Source of the DNA: Candidatus Bathyarchaeota archaeon | GTDB taxonomy: Archaea; Thermoproteota; Bathyarchaeia; 40CM-2-53-6; RBG-13-38-9 | Direction of reading: 5' to 3' | DNA length: 64,000 nt | Assembly: GCA_963807605.1 (NCBI GenBank) | Contig: CAWECG010000001.1 | Span: 128,001 to 192,000, forward strand | Shown: positions 10,242 to 18,273 of the stretch, one piece after another | How the letters are laid out: the number at the start of each line of letters is the position of its first letter | How positions within the stretch are numbered: the stretch's first letter is position 1 | Translations under genes and position numbers: made by a program | Notes under the pieces: model-generated | What the model saw: only the letters and a program-made list of their open reading frames with translations | Databases searched by the model: none | Told to the model about the DNA's origin: nothing

Positions 10242-10781
10242 TTGTCCAAGAATATGACGATTCCTGATTGGGTAAGAGTTCTAAGAGTCATGGTGGGTTG
10301 GATCGCAATCGTGGCCTCAGTAGTCGTCCTCGCTTGGCCAGGCCTTGCAATCTTCACCCTTCTTTTCCTCCTTTCATTCGCCCTGCTCTTTTTGGGTGTC
10401 GCTAGAATTGCTCATAGTTTCGCAGCTAAACTGTGGTCGAAAGGGCACCGCGCACTTCACGCAGTTGCTGGTGTTCTGGCGCTCATCCTAGGAGTACTAG
10501 TCCTTGCATTTCCTGGGCTTGGCATTGCTACTCTAGTCTTCTTACTCGCTTTTGCGCTACTAGCTTATGGTATTGTAAGCTTGGTGATAGGTGGATCTGC
10601 CGTTGCAGGTCTCTTATCAAAATTCGTGAGGGCGCTTCTCATCATAGTTGGTTCGCTCAGCATCATTTTCTCGCTCTTAGTCATTGTGTTCCCGGCGGTC
10701 GGACTCGTATCACTAGTGATAATGCTTTCGGTTTCATTTCTCCTGAACGGTATTGAGAGCATAATTTCAGGAATTAAGTGA
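10242..10781 (+). CDS. HdeD/DUF308 family membrane protein
   Basis: Six TM helices arranged as three G..A....V.VLAxPG repeats. Confidence 0.8.
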   Translation: MSKNMTIPDWVRVLRVMVGWIAIVASVVVLAWPGLAIFTLLFLLSFALLFLGVARIAHSFAAKLWSKGHRALHAVAGVLALILGVLVLAFPGLGIATLVFLLAFALLAYGIVSLVIGGSAVAGLLSKFVRALLIIVGSLSIIFSLLVIVFPAVGLVSLVIMLSVSFLLNGIESIISGIK

Positions 10782-10986
10782 ACGAGTCAGGAACCCGCAG
10801 AAACTGCGATTGAACAATGTGAAGTATCTTGCTTGGCAACAGAGTAGAAATCCCACCGATCTTGATTGTCGCCAAACACCTCTCATTTTTTTTGCGCGGG
10901 CTGTAGACCAGTCATCACGAAGAAACGGTTTCCAGTCTATCATGTTTAATCCTCCGAGCGTAACGAGCCATTCTTCAGAATAAAGA

Positions 10987-11065
10987 AGGGGTTTGGGGAA
11001 TTCTTCCCCAACATGAGGGGGAGGAATAATTGTGTGTGTGCTCACCCGCTATGGCACACACAATT
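10987..11065. repeat. Island repeat variant, hairpin-forming, inverted relative to 9964-10014
   Basis: AATTGTGTGTGTGCTCACCCGCTATGGCACACACAATT; 10987-11041 is approximately the reverse complement of 9964-10014. Confidence 0.8.
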
Positions 11066-11224
11066 CAACGCTGCTCGCTCCGCTCGCAGAATTCCTAGGA
11101 GGGGGATGTATTTTGACCATAGAATAAGGTTGAAGAGGCGCTCGAGAAGCAATCCTGATGGAAAATCACGTTCGTGAGATTGAATATGAAAAAAGGTGGT
11201 TCCTGCTCTATGAAGAGCGGGAGT

Positions 11225-11431
11225 TTACTCTTTCTTTCCGAACATGCTGCCGAGTTTGCTGGCAACTCCTCCGGTGGGGGTTCCGCCAGCTAGCACAGCG
11301 TCAATCTGACTCGCAACTGGAGCTGGAAGTTTACTCTTGAGCACGCCTGCGACGGCATCAATAGCACTCTTAGCTTGCGCCTCTGACAAACCGGTTTTCT
11401 GAGCGACGGCTGAAACAATAGCGCTTGACAT
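11225..11431 (-). CDS. Small DUF2267-like helical protein
   Basis: GGAGGTGA SD, then MSSAIVSAVAQKTGLSEAQAKSAIDAVAGVLKSKLPAPVASQID. Confidence 0.7.
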   Translation of the reverse strand: MSSAIVSAVAQKTGLSEAQAKSAIDAVAGVLKSKLPAPVASQIDAVLAGGTPTGGVASKLGSMFGKKE

Positions 11432-11541
11432 ACATTCACCTCCAGTGTCTATGTTTGCATGAAGAAGAGAATCGCTATTTAAAGATGTGCGCACAACTCG
11501 CGCGCGTAAGTGTTAAAAACAGTGTGACCTATCTTTAAACT

Positions 11542-12123
11542 ATGTCATCTATTGTTGGAAATCTGATGCAACAAGTAGCGACAGGAGATAACCTGTCCGC
11601 CATTACCAAGTCGGTCGGTGGAGATAATCAGAAAGGGGTTCAATCTGCCCTGAGCATGGCTTTGCCCCTGCTCATGGGTTCCATGGCGAACAGCGCATCA
11701 ACGCCAGGCGGAGCTGGCATGCTCACAAATATGCTGGGACAAATGGGGGGCAGCAATCCCGCGGACAACCTCGGGAGTTATCTAAGCAACCCTCAAGCAG
11801 CGGGTGGGTCAGGTATGCTGAACACGCTGCTCGGGAGCAAGATGGGTACCATCCAGAACGCAATCTCGCAGAAGACCGGACTCCCCCCTGCAGTGGTCGG
11901 CAAGGTACTCGTCATAGCGATGCCAATGGTCATGGGCTACGTCGGCAAGATGTTCACAGGACAGAAGGTGGACCAGAATAGCCTCTCCAATCTTCTTGGG
12001 CAGCAGTCGAAGATGGCCATGCAGTCTTCACCCGAAGCCGCCAATATGGCAAAACAGCTCCTCGCCACGAAAGAGGAGAGCGGGGGCATCATGGGCATGC
12101 TGAAGAAGTTGCTCGGAAGTTAA
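11542..12123 (+). CDS. DUF937 family protein
   Basis: ALPLLMGSMA..ML..LLGS...IQNAISQKTGL..MPMVMG pattern; GC3-rich codons unlike neighbours. Confidence 0.8.
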   Translation: MSSIVGNLMQQVATGDNLSAITKSVGGDNQKGVQSALSMALPLLMGSMANSASTPGGAGMLTNMLGQMGGSNPADNLGSYLSNPQAAGGSGMLNTLLGSKMGTIQNAISQKTGLPPAVVGKVLVIAMPMVMGYVGKMFTGQKVDQNSLSNLLGQQSKMAMQSSPEAANMAKQLLATKEESGGIMGMLKKLLGS

Positions 12124-12422
12124 CCCAGTTCAGGAAATACCCCCATCCTTTTTTCTTTGTTTCTTTCCGATTTCGCCGCTGTAGTGTGATGTTGCTCTCA
12201 TTGAATTCTTATTTTTTATAAGAATACGCCGTGACGTTTTCACATCACGAGTTCTCATAATATTACTCTTCGTATAATCGAAAAATCTCACGTTCCCCTG
12301 AAATCTAACTCCTCAACTCCCTCCTACACGCCGCTAACTTAATCAGGGCGGCGGGGGCGGCGCATCATTAGTACCACACAAAAAAACTTAAGTGAATTAT
12401 CAAGAGAATAACGAAAAGAGAG

Positions 12423-12674
12423 GTGATTGTGTTGGCTAAAGTGAAGAAGCGTTCGGAGGAGTTTGACAAGGCTAAGCTAAAAACTTCTTTGAAGAAGGCT
12501 GGAGCCAAAGAGGAACATGCAACAAAAGTTGCCGATAAGATTGCAGACAAAGTAAAAGATGGAACCACAACTGTAAAGATTTGGGAGTGGACTATAACAG
12601 AACTCAAACCATTAGATCCGAAGGCTGCAGAAGCATACCGAACTTACAAGAAACCGAAGCGGTCAACTAGCTAG
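12423..12674 (+). CDS. Stand-alone ATP-cone domain protein
   Basis: VKKRSEEFDKAKLKTSLKKAGA..TTVKI..ELK. Confidence 0.75.
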   Translation: MIVLAKVKKRSEEFDKAKLKTSLKKAGAKEEHATKVADKIADKVKDGTTTVKIWEWTITELKPLDPKAAEAYRTYKKPKRSTS

Positions 12675-12813
12675 ATACTGCCAAGGTGGATCAGCATAAG
12701 TAATTAAGTCTCCCGGTGGAGTGGGGCTATATGATTTTGCGCTGGCTCCGCTCCCTTCTCCCTAATGCGCTTAAGTACCTCTGTGCGCGTTGGTAGGGCA
12801 TCTTCCCCCTATT

Positions 12814-12907
12814 GGTTCAAAATGCGTTGCTCGCACCACTAGACCCACCACCACCAAAAATCACGGGTTCAAATTGCGATGCTCTCACCAGCTATAGCAC
12901 ACACACC
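12814..12907 (+). repeat. Island repeat copies D (12814) and E (12866)
   Basis: GGTTCAAAA TGCGT TGCTCGC ACCA and GGTTCAAAT TGCGA TGCTCTC ACCA GCTATAGCACACACAC, 52 bp apart. Confidence 0.85.
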
Positions 12908-13066
12908 GAGGCTCGCAGGGGATTTGATTGAACTCGCAGGACCACCGAACCAGCTTGTTCCAAAAGACCTCCAACGACAGACCCCACCCGAAAACCAACA
13001 ACAACCAACAAGAAGCTTTAATACGATTGTCCGAGCAACACCCTTAGTACCGGGTGCGTTTTTCTA

Positions 13067-13489
13067 TTGACCGTTCTGAAGGCTTCCGGTAAAAATTTGA
13101 GATTGTCAACTGTTTTCCTATTCCTCACCCTACTCACTTCACTGTTCTTTTTGGAGAGTGGGGTTGTGAATGTCGCTGCCTCCCCAACAGATTGGACCAT
13201 GTTCCATCAAAACCTCACTCATACTGGATTAACACCGGATGTTGTAACACCACCACTTAACGTGGCCTGGAACTACACAACAGGCTGGGTTGTCTCTTCT
13301 TCTCCTGCTGTTTCCGGGGGTTTCGTTTACGTAGGCTCAGGCTCAGGGGTTGATAAAGTGTATGGGTTTGCGAGCGCAACGCCGATTCCAGAGTATCCCA
13401 TATACATCTTTCCACTCGTGGCCTCGCTCACAGTCGCCATGCTTGCGCTAAGGCGTACTCGCTTCAAATCCCACGAACCGATGCAGTAA
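13067..13489 (+). CDS. Secreted protein with one PQQ-type propeller blade and a PEF-CTERM-like sorting signal
   Basis: Signal peptide, DWTMFHQNLTHTG, VSSSPAVSGGFVYVGS, IPEYP-TM-RRTR. Confidence 0.75.
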   Translation: MTVLKASGKNLRLSTVFLFLTLLTSLFFLESGVVNVAASPTDWTMFHQNLTHTGLTPDVVTPPLNVAWNYTTGWVVSSSPAVSGGFVYVGSGSGVDKVYGFASATPIPEYPIYIFPLVASLTVAMLALRRTRFKSHEPMQ

Positions 13490-13877
13490 AATCGCGAAAG
13501 GCAACGCCTCCTATCTGATGAAGAGAATAAACTTTTGACGTAAAGTCTTCCAGCGCTAGGACGCGCGCGCTTGCCCAGATAAGTAAGCAGGAAAGGCTCA
13601 TCGACTCCTTTCTCTTTGAGATGCTTGACCAAGCCGTATCCGTCACGGTTGAAGTTCACAAATCTCTCTTTATCCATCAAACCCATCCAAAGGACTTTTC
13701 TCAAAGAAGTATTACTGTCCTGAACATCAACCAAGAGACTAGTTTTGACGGATTAGAAGCTGTTCGGCTATTTGGATCGGCTGCGTCAGAACGCCCAGAT
13801 CTTAGATGAAGCCGTAGTGAATGCTCAGAAAATGGTGAGGCTTGAGGTTGGTCCATCTTTCTTGCTGTCTCGAACAG

Positions 13878-14840
13878 TCAATCTTCAAGCTGTGGCCGTA
13901 GCAGTGATCCGAGTTCGATAACCTCCGCATTTGGGTTTAGTGTTCGATCCAACACTACTATTCGGTTGTGGTTGTAGCGACCATTCGCGAGTCTCTGAAG
14001 AATAATTGACTCAGCCTTGCCACGACCGATGTAGGTGCCTGCAGAGTAATGCAGACTAAATCCGACAAGGACTATGAGAGCATAATGGTAAGAAATAGGT
14101 GCCTCTGCCCAGAGAACTTTGTAGAAGATTCCTAGCAGAGTGACCAGTATGTTGAGACCGATAATCGATCCGAATACAGCGGTTAGAAGAGTTGAGTGGA
14201 ATGGTCCTGAATTGATGCCGATGATCTTGAAGCGCCTGAAATATGGAAGGGCAATCGAAGGGACCAGGCCCGAGATCATGGTGACCACGATCAACCCCGG
14301 TGTCAGCGTGAGTGAAAATAGCACACCGGTCCCACGGTTAGGAATAGCAAAGAAGTTCAATGTATGCAGTAAAAACCGTAGCATACCAGGCTTTGTACTT
14401 AAGGTCCTTGCCAGGTCAACACTGTAGATGTCCCATCCTAGGGCAATCGACGTGAAGAACAATATTAATGGCAGGTAGACTATCTGAGATTTCTGGATGA
14501 GGGCCCTCATCTTTCCGGGTTGCAAGAGTTTTTCCTCCTTAGGTCTGATCACCTGCTTCGTCTTAGTGAGCCTCCCAAGCAATCCAACTATCCCTAACGA
14601 GCATTTGCCTCCGAGGAGTATGATTGACGCATAACCCAGCCCTATGACCAGAAGCCCTACTGTTGACGTAAAGAGTGCGACTGCAAATGGATCAAGACCA
14701 ACATGTGTGAGCTGGGGGATTGAGAACGTTGAAACCGCAGCGACAGAATACGCAACGAATCCTAGGATCAGTGGTGCAGCCGCATCGATGACCGATTCAC
14801 GTTCGGTAAATCTTCCCTTGTTCTCAGCTTGTTCAACCAT
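13878..14840 (-). CDS. Hypothetical multi-pass membrane protein
   Basis: 320-aa ORF with about six hydrophobic segments. Confidence 0.65.
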   Translation of the reverse strand: MVEQAENKGRFTERESVIDAAAPLILGFVAYSVAAVSTFSIPQLTHVGLDPFAVALFTSTVGLLVIGLGYASIILLGGKCSLGIVGLLGRLTKTKQVIRPKEEKLLQPGKMRALIQKSQIVYLPLILFFTSIALGWDIYSVDLARTLSTKPGMLRFLLHTLNFFAIPNRGTGVLFSLTLTPGLIVVTMISGLVPSIALPYFRRFKIIGINSGPFHSTLLTAVFGSIIGLNILVTLLGIFYKVLWAEAPISYHYALIVLVGFSLHYSAGTYIGRGKAESIILQRLANGRYNHNRIVVLDRTLNPNAEVIELGSLLRPQLED

Positions 14841-15335
14841 TCACGGAGTCATCTCTCTTAATCCATCTGGACGCCCAGTCGATAGCATTCTTCAGGACGC
14901 CTGGAATAGAATAATTGTATTCAGGTGTTGCGATTATTTATATATGCCAGTAAAATGACGCTATGAAAAACGCTTTCTGAACTTGGGTCAGAATAGATGT
15001 TTCTGCTGGCCAGACCCGTCCGCACCATGCTCCCTTGAGAGCGATCATTGACTGGGTTACTAGCACGCGCCTTTAACCGTGACCAAACTCTTCGAGGTAT
15101 TCTTAGGCATAATCTCAAGGAGATAATCATCGATCAAATTCCGAATCTCAATCGGCTTCATCTCACAAACGCGAGACCAAGCCAACTGCTTCTCTATGAG
15201 TCACCTCTCAAAAAGACCCCAGACACTTTTATATGATGGACTTCGACTGTAACGCCGCAACCAAACATCAGGCGAATCCGTACATAGAAATACAGTCTCC
15301 AAAGTATCTGAAAATGACAAATGTGTCAAGATTAA

Positions 15336-15755
15336 GTGGTTATGTTGCCCTACCGGGTGGTCCTAGACTCAAATTTCCTTATTCTACCTCTCACGCTCAG
15401 GCTGGACATCTTCTCAGAGATTGAGAGGCTTCTATCTGGACGAGTAGAGTTTCTCGTCGTCAGCTCTGTCAGAAAGGAACTTGAGAAACTCTCGTCAAAA
15501 AATAGTGAAATTGGCAGAAGGGCAGCATTCGCCTTAAAGCTTCTGGATAGGTGCATCTATGTCAACCTGGATCTGGAACAACGAACGACGGTTGATGAGA
15601 CACTCGTTGAATTTGCACGGCAGAATAAGGTTATAGTAGCAACTTCAGATATGCCCCTCAGAAAGAAACTAAGAGATATAAACGTGCCAGTAATCTATGT
15701 AAGAGACTATTCCCGGCTCGAACTTGAAGGATTTCCCATCAAGAATGGAGATTAG
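15336..15755 (+). CDS. PIN domain protein (Fcf1/Utp24-like)
   Basis: VVLDSNFL, VDETL, VATSD..LRKKL..VPVIYVR; usual position before rpoE1. Confidence 0.9.
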   Translation: MVMLPYRVVLDSNFLILPLTLRLDIFSEIERLLSGRVEFLVVSSVRKELEKLSSKNSEIGRRAAFALKLLDRCIYVNLDLEQRTTVDETLVEFARQNKVIVATSDMPLRKKLRDINVPVIYVRDYSRLELEGFPIKNGD

Positions 15756-15789
15756 CTAGACAAATCGACATAAAGGCTTGAGTTTCTTA

Positions 15790-16350
15790 ATGTTCAAACT
15801 ACTGATGATGGAGGACATTGTTAGAATTCCTCCAGAGAAATTCGGTGGCACGATACGAAAGGTTGCCAAAGAGCAGGTAAGGCTCAGATACGAGAACATG
15901 ATAGATGAGGAGTTAGGATACGTCGTTTACGTTGTCGATGTAGACGTAGAACCTGTGGGTAAAATACTTCCAGGTGACGGTTCGACTTATCACAAGGCCA
16001 AATTCCAAATTCTGACATATTACCCAGAGTTGCAGGAAATTGTTGAGGGCGAGGTTGTAGAGGTTACAGACTTCGGCGCCTTCGTCAGAATAGGTCCAGA
16101 GGATGCTTTAGTCCATGTCTCTCAGATAATTGACGACTTCATAACGTACGACGAGAAACACGGAGTCCTGTCAGGAAAAGAGACCCACCGCACACTTGGG
16201 AAAGGTGACCGGGTTAGGGCTAGGATAATAGCTGTGAGTTTCCCAAGAGGCGGCGTCAGCGGCAAGATAGGCCTGACTATGCGCCAACCTTTCCTAGGGA
16301 GGCTCGACTGGATCGAAGAGGAGATCAAGAAGGAAAAAGGAGTAGGTTAA
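15790..16350 (+). CDS. rpoE1: RNA polymerase subunit E' (Rpo7)
   Basis: DIVRIPPEKFG, GDGSTY, FGAFVRIGP S1 domain, LTMRQPFLG. Confidence 0.96.
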   Translation: MFKLLMMEDIVRIPPEKFGGTIRKVAKEQVRLRYENMIDEELGYVVYVVDVDVEPVGKILPGDGSTYHKAKFQILTYYPELQEIVEGEVVEVTDFGAFVRIGPEDALVHVSQIIDDFITYDEKHGVLSGKETHRTLGKGDRVRARIIAVSFPRGGVSGKIGLTMRQPFLGRLDWIEEEIKKEKGVG

Positions 16351-16351
16351 A

Positions 16352-16540
16352 CTGGCGAAAGAGAAGGCATGCAAGAGTTGTCATTTCATAAGTATGGGTA
16401 ACATCTGCCCAAGCTGCAAATCTTCCAACCTTAGCGAAGACTGGTCAGGGCTGATTTTAGTCGTCGATTTAGAAAAGTCAGAGATTGGCAAGAAGATCGG
16501 CGCCAAGAGCCCCGGAAAATACGCGATCCGCGTGCGGTGA
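16352..16540 (+). CDS. spt4: Transcription elongation factor Spt4 (RpoE''), CTG start
   Basis: Hand translation MAKEKACKSCH..CPSCKSSNLSEDWSG..PGKYAIRVR; absent from the ORF track. Confidence 0.93.
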   Translation: MAKEKACKSCHFISMGNICPSCKSSNLSEDWSGLILVVDLEKSEIGKKIGAKSPGKYAIRVR

Positions 16541-16587
16541 ATCTTAATTAGTTTTCCATTCTTATTTGTGCCAGAGATGGCATAAAC

Positions 16588-17118
16588 GTGGCTAAGCTTC
16601 TCTTAACACGTGAACTCAGAGCCTTACTCAAGATCCCTCTTGGCGAACTGTTAACCGGCACTGGAGATGAGAACATGAAAGCTCTGAAAAGAATTGTCGC
16701 TGAACAGAAAACTCCCAGAGTCATATGCGTCGGTGACAGTGTATGCAGAAACGCAATAAGCGCTGGCGAAACATCATGGATCAAGATCGTTGACGGCAAA
16801 GAGATGCGGAGAGAAACAGGCCTGCAGGATTTTCATGGGAGGAGGATCCTTCTTGTTGATAATCCGCCTGGAACGATAAGTCGGATGGCTTGGGAGGCTG
16901 TTACAGAGGCGATCAAGCATAAAGGCTCGTTACTGATCGTCAATGGTGAGGAAGATCTCCTTGCCTTACCGGCTATTCTCGAGGCCCCGAATAACTCGAT
17001 TGTGATCTACGGGCAGCCGCCTCAAGCCGGAATGACCGTGGTGAGAATCAACAGGGACAAGAAGAGTCTCGCAAAATCCGTGGTTGACGCAATGATTTGC
17101 GAGCCAGATCAAGGCTGA
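16588..17118 (+). CDS. DUF359 GTP-dependent dephospho-CoA kinase
   Basis: LKIPLG, VGD, VDGK, NPPGTIS, GEEDLLALP, YGQP. Confidence 0.92.
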   Translation: MAKLLLTRELRALLKIPLGELLTGTGDENMKALKRIVAEQKTPRVICVGDSVCRNAISAGETSWIKIVDGKEMRRETGLQDFHGRRILLVDNPPGTISRMAWEAVTEAIKHKGSLLIVNGEEDLLALPAILEAPNNSIVIYGQPPQAGMTVVRINRDKKSLAKSVVDAMICEPDQG

Positions 17119-17315
17119 GCTTTTACATAGTCAGTGTAACTGCATGATCCGCATGTCCATCTTTGTTTCGGGTTGTTGTGGTGGGCCATGATATTGCCGC
17201 ACCTTGGGCACTTTCTGTTCTTCAGCTTGATGGTCTTTTTCTCATAGCTGTAATCGTATAAGGTACCGATGCTCGATCTCTTCTTCACAGGCTTCTTTTC
17301 TTTGCTCTCGCTCAT
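17109..17315 (-). CDS. rps27ae: Ribosomal protein S27ae (eS31)
   Basis: KCPRCG..MAHH..RWTCGSCSYT. Confidence 0.95.
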   Translation of the reverse strand: MSESKEKKPVKKRSSIGTLYDYSYEKKTIKLKNRKCPRCGNIMAHHNNPKQRWTCGSCSYTDYVKAQP

Positions 17316-17324
17316 TCCAAGTCA

Positions 17325-17783
17325 CTACTTCTTGGGTTTCTCTGCCTCTGGGGCTTTGGCTTTTTCCGCCGGTTTTTCCTTCACAGTCTCTTTGGGTTTT
17401 GGCTCCGGTTTCTCCTTCTCAGCTTCTTTGGGTTTTGCTTCCGGCTTTTCCTTCACAGCCTCTTTTGGCTTCTCTGGCTTTTTCTTAGCAGCCTCACGTT
17501 TCTCCGGTGGCAGGTTCCTTGTCTGTATATATTTCGGCACGATCTTCTCAGCTAGCTCTTTTGATTCATATACCTCGACGTGGCAGAGCGATCTTTTCAA
17601 CCCCGTCTTTCCTTCGATCTTGACTACGTACACGTTTTCAGGCTTCTCATCGAGTTCTGAGGCCAGAAAGTCTCTTGTCGCTAGCCTCTCCGGTGTTCCC
17701 TTCTCATCATGTGTTAATTCAACGAGTATTTCTTTGCGTCTTAGAACAGGATTCCGGGTCTCTTCCATTACTTTGGCCTTCAT
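17325..17783 (-). CDS. rps24e: Ribosomal protein S24e with K/E/P-rich repeat tail
   Basis: NPVLRRKE..GTPER..TGL..EVYES..PKYIQTRN. Confidence 0.93.
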   Translation of the reverse strand: MKAKVMEETRNPVLRRKEILVELTHDEKGTPERLATRDFLASELDEKPENVYVVKIEGKTGLKRSLCHVEVYESKELAEKIVPKYIQTRNLPPEKREAAKKKPEKPKEAVKEKPEAKPKEAEKEKPEPKPKETVKEKPAEKAKAPEAEKPKK

Positions 17784-17790
17784 TCGTCTT

Positions 17791-18186
17791 TCACTCGTTC
17801 GATTTTGCTTTTGGGGGTTTTGTCACAGTCTTTGGTTCCGTGGGCGCTTCCACTACTGCGACGTTTATCTGGTATGTCTCCTCAGTTATCATGCGTCCTC
17901 TGACCATCTTTCGCTTTCTAATCCCATATTCGCCTCGGAATCCAACGCTCTTTGTGAGAACTAGGTGTTTCTTCCCTCCACCGAGGACGTCTGACCTTAG
18001 TGGTATACCATCCTTGTCGCTTCCACCTGTTATCTTGACTCTCTTTCCACTCAAGCCAATAAGGGATCCGTCTAGGATCTCGCCGAGCTCTTTGCCTACG
18101 AAGGGTTTGGCTTTGGCCCCTTCCAGTTCCATGTTTGAGGCTTTTCCAGTCGCGGGTTCAGATATCACAAGCTTGATCTTTGCCAA
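17791..18186 (-). CDS. rps6e: Ribosomal protein S6e
   Basis: KITGGSDKDGIP, RKRKMVRG, QIN. Confidence 0.96.
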   Translation of the reverse strand: MAKIKLVISEPATGKASNMELEGAKAKPFVGKELGEILDGSLIGLSGKRVKITGGSDKDGIPLRSDVLGGGKKHLVLTKSVGFRGEYGIRKRKMVRGRMITEETYQINVAVVEAPTEPKTVTKPPKAKSNE

Positions 18187-18273
18187 TTTACATCGTCTCG
18201 TTGGGGAGGTATTCTACTACGCCTGGTGACAAACATATTAATCTGTCGAAGATTCCACGTTTGAGGATTAACT

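Noticed and set aside
7112-12907. Island repeats as real tRNA genes or a CRISPR array
   Set aside because: No D or anticodon arms and the T-stem does not pair in most copies. Copies are degenerate pairs kilobases apart, with no regular spacers or cas genes.
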